From Planctomycetota bacterium (GTDB lineage: Bacteria; Planctomycetota; PLA2; JAEUHO01), in assembly GCA_965222115.1 (NCBI GenBank), contig CBDCTJ010000003.1, positions 288,001 through 352,000 of the forward strand: DNA of 64,000 nucleotides, written 5' to 3'. Shown here one piece after another: positions 9,711 through 19,856 of this stretch. Each line of letters begins with the position of its first letter. The first letter of the stretch is position 1. A program made the position numbers and the translations under genes. The notes below the pieces were generated by a model that was given only the letters and a program-made list of their open reading frames with translations, was not told the origin of the DNA and did not search any database.

Positions 9711-10583
9711 TCAGCCCAAGAGCTTTAGCGCACGCGACATACCCATTTCGAACGCCGTGAGCGGTGCGTCACCCGTGGACCACGTCATGTAGGACACGCG
9801 CGCGAATGTGCCGGCGGGCGCGCCCTTTCGCTGCGGCGCAGTCGCATCCTGGGGCAGGGCTTCATGCGCGGTGAATTCCAACACGGCGTTTCGCTCGGCA
9901 AGATGCAATGAAATGCCGCAATCGTTGGCTGCCAATACGTCGCCACGCAGCGTCGCGCCATTGCGCAAGCGCAGGTCGAGGACCGAACCGGCGTCCCCCA
10001 CTTCGCCTCGCTCTGTTAGCCACGTAGACAAACCATGCTCGGTACGGAAGCGTTTGACGAGTTCTTCTTTGCTATGCGCGGTGGGTTCGATCATCGAAAA
10101 CCCCTCACGCTTCATGCCCCATTGATTCTCCGTATAGACCCGCAGGCGTTCGAGGGCCAACTGCCATGCACCCGCTGTAGCGCGCACACGCGCCTCGGTG
10201 TGTTCGTCCTCCGCGAATCCACTGTTGGCAATGCTCACGCGACACGCTTGATCATCGCCGTCGATGCGAACTTCGAGGCGCAGCCCGACTTCATCGGAGA
10301 GACCGCGCGGCGCGTGTCGTTCCGTGCCTTCAGGCAGGCGGATATGGGTGCAGTCAAAGAGCATGCGTCGCTCGTGCGTTGCTGCCCGAACGGTTTGTGT
10401 CACGCTGGCTGCCGGACGCCACCACTCCCACTCGACGCGCGCGTCTTCTACAACGCGTCCACGCACTTCGGCTGCCAACCACCCGCTGGCATGATCGGGC
10501 TCGCTCCACGCTCGCCACGCGCGCTCGCGCGCGCAAGCGAGATCGATGTGACACAGCACGGTCCGACCCTCTCGGGGACTCAT
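9711..10583 (-). CDS. Tandem SRPBCC/AHSA1-like domain protein
   Basis: 'RERAWRAWSEPD..SGW', 'GAWQLALERLRVY' and a second 'GLSTWL' START-like half. Confidence 0.65.
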   Translation of the reverse strand: MSPREGRTVLCHIDLACARERAWRAWSEPDHASGWLAAEVRGRVVEDARVEWEWWRPAASVTQTVRAATHERRMLFDCTHIRLPEGTERHAPRGLSDEVGLRLEVRIDGDDQACRVSIANSGFAEDEHTEARVRATAGAWQLALERLRVYTENQWGMKREGFSMIEPTAHSKEELVKRFRTEHGLSTWLTERGEVGDAGSVLDLRLRNGATLRGDVLAANDCGISLHLAERNAVLEFTAHEALPQDATAPQRKGAPAGTFARVSYMTWSTGDAPLTAFEMGMSRALKLLG

Positions 10584-10673
10584 ACGACAGGCTCCAAACG
10601 AACACGTCTTTGAAGACCCTTACGGGCCTGCCGGGCCACTATGACGCACAAACGGCGCTAGAGCAAGAAACCC

Positions 10674-11135
10674 CTACGACGGATCGGCGACGGACGTCCC
10701 GTGCTCAACAAAGGCCTTGAAGTTGTTCATAAACTTCAAGTTTTGCTTGCGAAACATGCCGGGGAACAGAGTTCCCATGATCTTCAGCATGCAACCGTCC
10801 ATGTCATAGTCGCATGTGCTCTCCCAGCGGGTGCGCGTGGGACTCAGTTCGATGAATCGATTGTCGAGCGTATTGGATCCCCCACCCCAGGTGTATCGGC
10901 CATTAGATTCATCGGGCAGTGCCCGCTTGGTAATGACCTCGGTAAGTTTCATGGTGCGCTTACCGATCTTGTAGGTGATCACCGACTCGGAACCCACGGT
11001 GCCCGGTTCGCCACGGACATGTTCAATGGACATGAATCCGTTTTGCCAATGCTTCAAATTCGCCGGGTTGTCGAGGAGTTCAATTACCCGCTCGCGAGGC
11101 GCCTCAATATCAACAGATACGGTGTAGGGTTTCAT
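10674..11135 (-). CDS. SRPBCC family protein
   Basis: 'SVDIEAPRERV..LLDNPANLKHWQ...FMNNFKAFVE'. Confidence 0.8.
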   Translation of the reverse strand: MKPYTVSVDIEAPRERVIELLDNPANLKHWQNGFMSIEHVRGEPGTVGSESVITYKIGKRTMKLTEVITKRALPDESNGRYTWGGGSNTLDNRFIELSPTRTRWESTCDYDMDGCMLKIMGTLFPGMFRKQNLKFMNNFKAFVEHGTSVADPS

Positions 11136-11219
11136 CACCCCAGTGTCGGCGCCAACCAGGTTCCCTGTCAAGGGCAGTCGAGCGACGTGTAGGCTATTTT
11201 CGACTCAGAGGAGTTCGAC

Positions 11220-13673
11220 ATGGAAGACGACCTCGGACGCCGCAGCATCGTTGACTGGGCCGCGCGCGACATGCCAACAGCCGCGGAGCAAGCGCCGGGG
11301 TCCTTTGAACCGGCGCGCCAGAAATTTCGCGTTGAAATGCCGATCGGCCGCGGTGGCATGGGCGAAGTGTATCTCGTTACGGATGAGGATCTCAAACGCC
11401 AAGTGGCCATGAAGGTCATGTTGGACAAGGTTGCCAAGGATCGCGAACACCGACTGTCATTCGTCGCAGAAGCGCAAGCGACAAGTCAACTCGAACACCC
11501 CGGCATCCCCCCGGTCCACGACATTGGATTGACACCGGAGGGACGCCTCTACTTCACCATGAAACTTGTCCAGGGGCGCACGCTGGCGGAGGTCTTGCGT
11601 GACATTGCACTTCGTCGCCGGGACGTTCAACGCGAGTTTACGTTGCACAAACTGATTAGCATTGTCGAGCGGATATGCGAGACGCTTCAGTTTGCCCACG
11701 AGCGAGGCGTCATTCATCGCGACCTCAAGCCCGAGAACATTATGTTGGGTGACTACGGTGAGGTCCACGTCATGGACTGGGGATTGGCGCGCGTTCACAT
11801 GCCAAGTGACTTGGACGTTGAGGACGCCGACATTGTTGAAACCGCACGAACGGCACTGGGACGCGAAACCGGTAGTGGTGTGGCCAAGGGCACACCGGCC
11901 TACATGAGTCCCGAGCAGATCCGTGGGCGCGTAGACGAAGTGGACGCGCGCAGCGATGTCTACGCCCTTGGTTGTTTGCTCTACGAGGTGCTCACGCTTC
12001 ACGCCGCGTTTGATACGCGCATGGAGGGGTTCGCGAAGAAGAAGCTCGACGGCGAGACCGTGGATGTGACGAAGCGCAATCCGCGGCGCGCGGTGCCGCA
12101 CCCGCTCGCCGACGCGTGCCGGAGGGCCATGGCGGTAACGCCCACCGATCGATACGCATCAGCGCGCGACTTGGGATCGACTCTGCGCACATGGCTCGAC
12201 GGACGTGGCGAGCGCGCACGACGCCACGTGGAAGCCGAACGTCTTGCGGAACAGGGTCGAACCGCCCTTGCCGACGTGGAGAAACAGAAGGAAGAACTCG
12301 TTCGAGCAGAGATCGCGGCGGAGAAGGCGGAGGCCAACATCAAGGCGTGGCAGCCCGTGGAGGAAAAGCGCGATCTGCTCGATGCGCGCCGACGCGTCAA
12401 AGAAGCCAAACGCGATATCGCGCTTGCCTTTGCCGAGGCCACGCACCTGTTGGGAGCGGCGCTCACGCAGGAATCCGACAACGCTGCTGCGCGGCAGACC
12501 CTTGCACGACTTTGGAAGTCAGAGTTGATCGATGCGGAAGCGATGCAGCACGAGGCCAACGCAGCCAAAGCGCTTGCCATGATTGAGCGTTACGACGACG
12601 GACAACTTGGCGCCTTCGTCAAGGGCGATGGCGCGCTCTTCCTGGCATCCGAGCCGTTGGGGGCCCACGTCACACTGGTGTCGTACCGCGACCAAGACGG
12701 TGTGCTGGTGGAGCATGACACACGCTCGCTTGGGCCCACGCCCATCATGGACGTATCACTTCCCATGGGCACGTACCTCTGCATTTTGTCGATGAACGGC
12801 TATGCAGAACTTCGCTATCCCGTGTGCATCGCACGACAACAGACATGGCAAGGCAGTGTCACCATGCGCCGACCCGACGACATTGAGCCCGGATGTGTTC
12901 ATGTTCCGGGCGGTCCATTTCGCGCGGGGGTGGGACGCGACGCCTCCATCGTCACGACCGAAGATTTCGTCATTCAGACGCACCCGGTCACGTTTGGCGA
13001 ATACGCAACGTTCCTAGCCGCCATCGAAAAGGAGCAGGGCAAGGACGTTGCCAATCAACACGTTCCGAGAACCGAAACCAGCGACGGCAACTATCTCATT
13101 CGCCGAGACGACGGCACCTACGTCCCAAGCAAAACCATCGTGGAAGGCGACGCCTACGACGCCATGCTGGCGGCGCACGGCCCGGGATTTGAGTCCAATA
13201 TCGCCGTGCACGGCGTGAGCTACAACGACGCCCTTGCGTACTGCGCGTGGAAACGGAAGACACAAAAGCGAGCGTGGCGGCTGCCTACGGAATACGAGTG
13301 GGAGAAAGCCGCTCGCGGTGTGGATGGCCGCGAATTTCCGTGGGGCGACCTGTGTGATGCAAGCCTGGGCAAGAATCGAGAATCGCGCCCCTACGCGCCC
13401 CAACCTGAGCCCGTAGGCGCATTTCCATCTGCTGTCTCAATCTATGGCATGCGCGATGCAGGCGGAACCATTTGGAACTGGACCGACAGTTGGTTCACGA
13501 GCCGGAAGGCATTACGGGTACTGCGTGGCGGCTCGTGGGGCATTCCCGCCCGCCTCATGCGCTGTACATTTCGCAACTCGTTTCATCCTGATGCACGCGA
13601 TTCGCTCAATGGGTTCCGGTGTGTCTATTCACTGGCACAAGACGCAGCCGAATCTCCGCCTGACCATTCGTAG
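11220..13673 (+). CDS. Hanks-type Ser/Thr kinase fused to a PEGA-like segment and an FGE-sulfatase (SUMF1) domain
   Basis: GRGGMGEV, AMK, HRDLKPEN, DWG, GTPAYMSPEQ; C-terminal RLPTEYEWEKAARG, RGGSW and GFRC. Confidence 0.92.
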   Translation: MEDDLGRRSIVDWAARDMPTAAEQAPGSFEPARQKFRVEMPIGRGGMGEVYLVTDEDLKRQVAMKVMLDKVAKDREHRLSFVAEAQATSQLEHPGIPPVHDIGLTPEGRLYFTMKLVQGRTLAEVLRDIALRRRDVQREFTLHKLISIVERICETLQFAHERGVIHRDLKPENIMLGDYGEVHVMDWGLARVHMPSDLDVEDADIVETARTALGRETGSGVAKGTPAYMSPEQIRGRVDEVDARSDVYALGCLLYEVLTLHAAFDTRMEGFAKKKLDGETVDVTKRNPRRAVPHPLADACRRAMAVTPTDRYASARDLGSTLRTWLDGRGERARRHVEAERLAEQGRTALADVEKQKEELVRAEIAAEKAEANIKAWQPVEEKRDLLDARRRVKEAKRDIALAFAEATHLLGAALTQESDNAAARQTLARLWKSELIDAEAMQHEANAAKALAMIERYDDGQLGAFVKGDGALFLASEPLGAHVTLVSYRDQDGVLVEHDTRSLGPTPIMDVSLPMGTYLCILSMNGYAELRYPVCIARQQTWQGSVTMRRPDDIEPGCVHVPGGPFRAGVGRDASIVTTEDFVIQTHPVTFGEYATFLAAIEKEQGKDVANQHVPRTETSDGNYLIRRDDGTYVPSKTIVEGDAYDAMLAAHGPGFESNIAVHGVSYNDALAYCAWKRKTQKRAWRLPTEYEWEKAARGVDGREFPWGDLCDASLGKNRESRPYAPQPEPVGAFPSAVSIYGMRDAGGTIWNWTDSWFTSRKALRVLRGGSWGIPARLMRCTFRNSFHPDARDSLNGFRCVYSLAQDAAESPPDHS

Positions 13674-14101
13674 AGAACATCCGGTTCCGATTCCGGAGGT
13701 GGGCTCACGCCGTACGACGTCGCGACAAAGCCCTGCCGGTCGTAGAACGCACAGGCGCCGACGTTCTTTTGATGCGTGTGAAGCCTCAATCGATCTGGAT
13801 GGCGTTGCTTGGCAAACGCGATCAGAAGCGTCCCAATACCTTCTCGCTGATGTGCGACGTCCACATACAGCCGATCGATGTAGCCATTCTTCATTGCCAA
13901 GTAGCCACGAATCCTCTTATCAATCTCGGCGACAAAGACGTCGTTGTTCTTCATGATCACACGTGTGAAGTAGGCGCGATCTTCTTCCTCTGTATGAGGA
14001 ACCAAGAACGTGTAGGTGGCAAGCGAGACTCGTCGCCAAAGCGAGAACACAGCGTCGATATCGGATGCGCGCATGGCGCGAATGGTCGTCGTCTCATGCA
14101 T
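13625..14101 (-). CDS. GNAT acetyltransferase
   Basis: LYVD..HQREGIGT acetyl-CoA motif; N..ACAFY...GF. Confidence 0.88.
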   Translation of the reverse strand: MHETTTIRAMRASDIDAVFSLWRRVSLATYTFLVPHTEEEDRAYFTRVIMKNNDVFVAEIDKRIRGYLAMKNGYIDRLYVDVAHQREGIGTLLIAFAKQRHPDRLRLHTHQKNVGACAFYDRQGFVATSYGVSPPPESEPDVLYEWSGGDSAASCASE

Positions 14102-14104
14102 GCA

Positions 14105-16159
14105 CTACAACGCAGACAGCGTGTGGGGAATGATCGCGGCCCACGTGCCCGACGCGCGTACGGTCGTGGTCACCTGCTCGTGGCTCCCGTCATTCCCTTC
14201 GTCCACCAGCACTTGGTGAATTTGACCGTAGACGTCGAGCGTCGTCGTCGTTGATTTGTCGGCAACTTGGTCGTCATTGTTGTCTTCGAAAATGATCAAT
14301 CCACCGGTCGGGTGTGTCTGGAACCACCACGCGGTGACTGTTTCGGGCGTGCCATCTCCGTTGGTGTCAACTTCGGTTCGCGTTCGCCGACCCACGCCGT
14401 CGTACTCGTGGCGGATCGTACTGTCGGGCACGTCGTCGCCGTCGATGTCATTCAACTCGGCTGTGACGCGACCAGTGTCGTCATGTTCGTACTTCGTCGA
14501 TTCGTCAAAGGTGCCGTCGTCATCATGGTCTTCGAGCAATTCCACGAGACGGTTGTCTTCGTCGTATTCCCAGCGCGTGCTCATGATGCCGTCGTCGTCG
14601 GCGTCATGCTCGCGCGTCACGCCGCCCAGCGCATGGATCGTTGAACGAAAGTCAATCGTGCCATCGCCGTCGTAGTCCGATTCATTGACCACGCCTCCAG
14701 CCGGTGGGTAGCCCCAGGTCGTCACGGAATCGATGATGCCATCGCGGTTGGCATCGCTCTCAAAGATGATCGCTCGCCCCATGGGGTCGTAGGCGGTCTG
14801 GAACTGTGAGTCACGAACGCCATCACCGGTGGTGTCGTATTCGGTGACAAGGCTCATGAGCTGCGAACCGTTGTAGTTCCACATTTGCAATTCATCGATC
14901 ACGCCATCTTCGCCTCGATCGATCTCAACGGTCAGCGGTCGGTCCTGGGCATCGAAGGTGCGCATCGTAACGTCGTCGGGCGTAGCGGGATTGTCGTCGG
15001 CGTCGTATCGGCGCAGGACTTCGCGACCTTGATCGTCATACTGAATGGTTGTGACCGCGTCGAGGCCATCATCGTTGGGATCGTTACGGGCGATGGACTG
15101 GGTCACGTTGCCCATCGCATCATACGTCGTAAACAACTCGTACTCGGGATTGCCACTGTCATTCGTGTCAAAAGACGTCGACGTGCGGTTTCCGAAGGCG
15201 TCGTAGGTATATGTCCGTCGAACATTGGGACGCGCCGATCCGCTGTAGTCCCGATACTCTTCAAGTAGATTGCCGTTCGGATCGTACGTATTGGTTTCCA
15301 GCGCCAACTGCATGCCCATACCATCGAGACGCTCACGCGTGAGCACGGCGCCCTCACTGTTGTGTGTGTGAATCATCGACTCGTCAATGCCGGGGCCAGC
15401 AATCGTGTCGTGGTCGGATTGGCTGAAATAACCAAAGGGACCGTCGTGGGCCCATGTCTCCTGTCGTTCAAGCGGCGGCGTGCCATCCGAGTCGGTGCTG
15501 GTTTCCGCCGTGCGATAGAAATTGTGCACGACGCCGAGCGCAGCATATTGCCGCTCCAATACGACAGCAGCAAACGGAATCGGCCTTCCTGCGCCACCCC
15601 ATACGCCCGCCGCGAGTGCATCTCGCCGCATGGTGAGCAGTTTCAAGTCGGCTCGAAACGTCTGCCATCGTTGATAGAAGCCAATCTCAACGCCTGCTAG
15701 AACCGCGTGGAGTTCCACAGGAATCTGAATGCCATTTGCGGGATCAGCGTCGCTGTCAATCATCTGGAGGAATGTGGACAGATTTAGAAACTGCGAAAAC
15801 AGAAGCGATCCATTTATTGCGCGTAGCGCATCGTCGTTTGTGATGGGCAAGCCCAGGCTTGGAAAGAGGTCCATGAGCGTCATCGATTGGGCGGCCGGCG
15901 CGGTTCCTAACAGCGTATCGCCCACGTAAAACGAAATGTCTTCGCCGGCCTCATAGGCAAACTGCCCGGATGCATCCGTCATGCCATTCACGGTGCCGCT
16001 CTCAAAGCGCAGCCCCTCAATAGACATATCGGAGAACACGCCAGTCATCGACGTCCCACCGCTTCCCCCACCGCCCCCGCCACAACTCGCGAGCAATGAC
16101 AATGAGCTCATGACGAGCACCCACGCGCACCGAGCGCTCACGTTCCAATATCGAGACAT
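14105..16159 (-). CDS. Lipoprotein with YD-like/DxDxDG repeats (paralog 1)
   Basis: Lipobox LLASC-GGGGGG; N-domain 'GLRFESG..GMTD..GQFAY..G..ISFYVGD' and 'DSDADPANGIQIP'; ~16 YD..G/DxDxDG repeats; C-terminal GTW. Confidence 0.8.
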   Translation of the reverse strand: MSRYWNVSARCAWVLVMSSLSLLASCGGGGGGSGGTSMTGVFSDMSIEGLRFESGTVNGMTDASGQFAYEAGEDISFYVGDTLLGTAPAAQSMTLMDLFPSLGLPITNDDALRAINGSLLFSQFLNLSTFLQMIDSDADPANGIQIPVELHAVLAGVEIGFYQRWQTFRADLKLLTMRRDALAAGVWGGAGRPIPFAAVVLERQYAALGVVHNFYRTAETSTDSDGTPPLERQETWAHDGPFGYFSQSDHDTIAGPGIDESMIHTHNSEGAVLTRERLDGMGMQLALETNTYDPNGNLLEEYRDYSGSARPNVRRTYTYDAFGNRTSTSFDTNDSGNPEYELFTTYDAMGNVTQSIARNDPNDDGLDAVTTIQYDDQGREVLRRYDADDNPATPDDVTMRTFDAQDRPLTVEIDRGEDGVIDELQMWNYNGSQLMSLVTEYDTTGDGVRDSQFQTAYDPMGRAIIFESDANRDGIIDSVTTWGYPPAGGVVNESDYDGDGTIDFRSTIHALGGVTREHDADDDGIMSTRWEYDEDNRLVELLEDHDDDGTFDESTKYEHDDTGRVTAELNDIDGDDVPDSTIRHEYDGVGRRTRTEVDTNGDGTPETVTAWWFQTHPTGGLIIFEDNNDDQVADKSTTTTLDVYGQIHQVLVDEGNDGSHEQVTTTVRASGTWAAIIPHTLSAL

Positions 16160-16382
16160 TGTCTGAGGACTCCCGCGAGGCGCCGCCCCAGACGCGCTCG
16201 CAACCACTGTATGTGGAGTTCACACGATTGGGGGCGCGGTTGGCGTTGCGATGCCCACATTTCGCGGCGATTTGGTAGATGCGACGATTTGGCATCGATA
16301 CCCAAAATGAAGCACGCGCCCGGCCTGCGCGTGGCTGGCCGAGCGCGTTCGAATTCGATCGTGGAGGCGTTGGGAGACTGCG

Positions 16383-16416
16383 CTAGCCCGGACTATTCAT
16401 GAATATTCCGGGCTAG
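16383..16416. repeat. 34-bp near-perfect palindrome in a divergent intergenic region
   Basis: CTAGCCCGGA-C-TATTCA|TGAATA-T-TCCGGGCTAG, one mismatch. Confidence 0.8.
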
Positions 16417-16502
16417 TTCAGCAGAAACACGCGGACGAAACCGAGCGTGGCCATGAGGAAATTCACGCGGCGCGGAGAGCGGCCAGCCCGTATGGTGCAT
16501 GC

Positions 16503-18143
16503 GTGTTTATCGATCCCTACACCACAGATGTTGGTCGCGTCCTTGTACGAATCATTAGCGAGACAAACGGCGTCACGCTAGGCAACACGCTGGACCTCGC
16601 GTCGAGATCCATGCTCGTTCATGACGCTCCCGACACCCTCGCCGAAATACGGTCATTTCACGAACTTCTCTACGACTACCAGCGCGACCCCCAGGAGATC
16701 GGTTCCCTGCTACGTCATCCCGTGGCGCAAACGCTGGGTGGGATTTTTCGAGCGTTTCCACTGCCGTTCCATGAAGAACATATTCACCTGACCGGCTCAC
16801 TCTCGGCCGACTTTATCTACCCGCGTCTCGCAGAACTCCTCGAGGGTCCTCATGCTGCGGCGTATGAAGAGAAGATTCGCGCAACATACGGAGAGGACGC
16901 GCTACCGATCACATCGGAAGACGATGTCAATCGCTTGCTGCGCCTCACCGACGAGATGGGCTTCACGCAGTACTTGAGAATCCTGACACTTGCCAAGCTC
17001 GTGCTCGTCGATCGCGATGCCCACCGCGCGGCCGCGTACCACATGGCGAGGCGGTTGTATGAGAACTACAACGTGGGTCGTATCCGATTGAAATTTACGT
17101 TTTCGCGCATCACGCGGGCTGGCACCGACACGCTTCCAGGACCCGAAGTCACATCGGAGGACGTGGTGCTGGGTCTCTACGAAGGATTCCAGGCCTACCG
17201 CAATGAGCAGCCGGCATTTGACTTTGTCTTGTCACCCAGCTTTCGGAAAGAGAATGAGTTCTTCGACTCCGATCGCTTTCCTTCGAAACAGGCGTCGTTC
17301 CTTCATCAAGTAGACGAGATCCTCGCGCTCATCGAAAAACATCCCTTCCTGGCCAAAAAAATGACCGACGTCGATACCGTCGGTGACGAGCGTGAGCACT
17401 ACCGCAAGGTCCACTTCGAAGAGATGCGGCTGGGCATGCGTAAGCTTCACGCGCGTGGGTTCTCGGTGCGTTCGCACCACGGCGAAACGTGGAAGTCTCT
17501 GCGGCTTGGCGTGCAGGCGGTGGACAACGCGATGAACATGTGGCATATCGACGCGCTAGAACATGGCGTGAGCTTGGGCGTCAATCCCAACTACTTCTTT
17601 CACATGGTGTTTGAACGCGTCATGGCGAGTAACACAGCGGGGAAGGCGATCGATGCGTCGAGTGCCTCGTACCGTGAGCTCAACGACATGGACTGGCGCG
17701 GCAAGGAGTCGATTCAGCGCAAGTTGCTTGAGGGCCGCCGACTGTCGCCGGATGAAATTCGGTCGTTCATTACGGTAAAGTTTCACACCGCGCGCGAAGT
17801 CGAGCACTACCAACACGACGTACTCAACCGCATGATCAATAAGAAGGTGGCGCTCGTGGCGTTGCCCTCCTCCAATGTCAAGCTGACGCAATTCCTTCCC
17901 ACGTACAAAGATCATCCCTTCTCGTGGTGGGAGAAAAAGGGCGTCGACCTGGGCGTGGGAACCGACAACTACGTGACGCTGAGTACCAACTTTATTCGAG
18001 AACTGCTCATTCTGCTGGCGACGGACGCGGACAATCTAAAGATCACGAAGTTGCTCATGGTGGTTACCGGCGAAACACGACGACCGTACATGAGCCATGC
18101 CCTGTGGAAGATTCGACCCGAGTTTCAGCCGAATCAAGCGTAG
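16503..18143 (+). CDS. Adenosine/AMP deaminase-like amidohydrolase
   Basis: HIHLTGS (HxH), HHGE, LEHG, PSSN and GTDN metal/catalytic motifs. Confidence 0.75.
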   Translation: MFIDPYTTDVGRVLVRIISETNGVTLGNTLDLASRSMLVHDAPDTLAEIRSFHELLYDYQRDPQEIGSLLRHPVAQTLGGIFRAFPLPFHEEHIHLTGSLSADFIYPRLAELLEGPHAAAYEEKIRATYGEDALPITSEDDVNRLLRLTDEMGFTQYLRILTLAKLVLVDRDAHRAAAYHMARRLYENYNVGRIRLKFTFSRITRAGTDTLPGPEVTSEDVVLGLYEGFQAYRNEQPAFDFVLSPSFRKENEFFDSDRFPSKQASFLHQVDEILALIEKHPFLAKKMTDVDTVGDEREHYRKVHFEEMRLGMRKLHARGFSVRSHHGETWKSLRLGVQAVDNAMNMWHIDALEHGVSLGVNPNYFFHMVFERVMASNTAGKAIDASSASYRELNDMDWRGKESIQRKLLEGRRLSPDEIRSFITVKFHTAREVEHYQHDVLNRMINKKVALVALPSSNVKLTQFLPTYKDHPFSWWEKKGVDLGVGTDNYVTLSTNFIRELLILLATDADNLKITKLLMVVTGETRRPYMSHALWKIRPEFQPNQA

Positions 18144-18149
18144 AGGTGA

Positions 18150-19730
18150 TTACCACCAGCGCTGCGTGCCTTCATGCAGCGTGAAAATGCGCTCCAGACG
18201 TCGAGAGTCCTTCTTCACCAGCCAGTAAAGACCATCCGTAGCTAGCCCTTGCTCAAGTATTGAGTCGGACCCGGCCACGAACGTTCGCAAGTCATGCCAC
18301 GCGCCATCGCGCCACACCTTGAGTGTGTACGTCGTTCCGTCCTTCAGTGTGGACTTGGGGGTGACTTCGTGCGTATCGGGACTCACAAACTTGGGGTGGG
18401 TGCCCAGGAGATAGACGCTTCCTTTGCTCCCAACGCCGCCGAGCGTGGCGAGCGAACCGTTGCGGTGCACAATGAACGGCGGTGCGAAGGGCTTCAAGGA
18501 CTTGCCATCATACGTCGCGGGCAAGTAGCAGATATTGCGGCCCATCTTGGTAAACGTCACGTGCCCGTCCTTGATCTTGCCCCAGTGAATCGGCGTCCAC
18601 TTGCCCCCATTGAAAACGCAGATATAGGCGAACTGCCGCGCGATATGCTTGGCGTCGTCAACGGCGAGCGTCGCGTCAGTCGTAGGCGCGTACTGATCGG
18701 TGACGTCAATATAGGTCGGGCTTGCCATGAATCGCGATGGCGCCAGCGACTTGTCGCTGAGCTGAAAGATGAGATTATTGCGTTGAATTGCGAACGTCTT
18801 GCGATACACCTTGGCCGCGTGCGCATTGCCCTTGGACGATCCCTTGCCTTCGCGATCGAGCAACACATTCCAGGCGTGGTTGTTGTCGCGATGGGCCCAT
18901 GCCGGCGTGTAATCGGCGGCCGTGGCAAGCGCAACCGCGCGAGACGCAAACGTGATCATATTGGTGATGTCCTCGCATCGCCCCTGCCCACTCTCAATCA
19001 TTTCCTCAAATCCTTGATCCGTAGGGTGTAGATAATAGCGCTTATTGAAGTGCACGCGTTTGTGAACGTCCGTGCCAACTCGATGCCACAGGCGACGGAT
19101 CTTAGACATGCCCGCTTCTTTCTTCGTGGGCGGCGTCTTCGTGAGTTGTTCTTCGAGCGACGCGTAGCGTTTCGCAAGCGAGGGCAACCAAGCATCCAAC
19201 GGCTCTTGGCTGCCGCGATACGGAAGGACAAAGTTACAGAATGTGTCAAAGTCCACGCGACGCGATGCGGGCGATGCGCGCCATGCTTGGAAGGCCGCTT
19301 CAATATGCGCGATCAAGTACGTTGCGGTGATCGTCTCGACATCCAGCACTTTTTTGGTGCGGTCAAATGACAGTTCACCGTGTTCTTTCTCGAGTGCATC
19401 GAGCGCATCAAGTGCTCTCTTGTAATTCTTGTAGGCAAGCGGATCGAAGGCGATCTCGTTCTTCGCCTTGTCGCGCAGCGTCGTAACGATGTAGCCGTGT
19501 CCGGGCATATTGGCAATCAAGAAGCGCGCGGCTTTAAACATCTCGTCGTCGCCCTTCGATTCGAAATGGGCAAGAACATTCTCGAGTTCTGTCCGGTTGC
19601 TGCCGGCCGCACTTAGCGCTTCCGCAATCCATATGTTCATTGGATCGGGCGTCTCTTTCGCAAGGACGTATGGCCCATCACTGAATACAACGAGCATCAA
19701 GGCGAATAGGGCGATCGAAATGCGAATCAT
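18150..19730 (-). CDS. Secreted transglutaminase-like domain protein
   Basis: Signal peptide; 'AGSNRTELENVL.HF', 'FLIANMP', 'FCNFVLPYR', GRC, HAWN..D triad, 'KVYRKTF'. Confidence 0.75.
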   Translation of the reverse strand: MIRISIALFALMLVVFSDGPYVLAKETPDPMNIWIAEALSAAGSNRTELENVLAHFESKGDDEMFKAARFLIANMPGHGYIVTTLRDKAKNEIAFDPLAYKNYKRALDALDALEKEHGELSFDRTKKVLDVETITATYLIAHIEAAFQAWRASPASRRVDFDTFCNFVLPYRGSQEPLDAWLPSLAKRYASLEEQLTKTPPTKKEAGMSKIRRLWHRVGTDVHKRVHFNKRYYLHPTDQGFEEMIESGQGRCEDITNMITFASRAVALATAADYTPAWAHRDNNHAWNVLLDREGKGSSKGNAHAAKVYRKTFAIQRNNLIFQLSDKSLAPSRFMASPTYIDVTDQYAPTTDATLAVDDAKHIARQFAYICVFNGGKWTPIHWGKIKDGHVTFTKMGRNICYLPATYDGKSLKPFAPPFIVHRNGSLATLGGVGSKGSVYLLGTHPKFVSPDTHEVTPKSTLKDGTTYTLKVWRDGAWHDLRTFVAGSDSILEQGLATDGLYWLVKKDSRRLERIFTLHEGTQRWW

Positions 19731-19856
19731 GAGGTACTCCCAAACGAGGGGAGTGAATCGTACGTCGTGGCGCTCAAAGGGCAATGCCCTTGGGCCTCAA
19801 ACTCGTGTCCGAGAACCGAAGTGCTGCGTCCAGCGCAAACCGACGGAACGTGGCGG

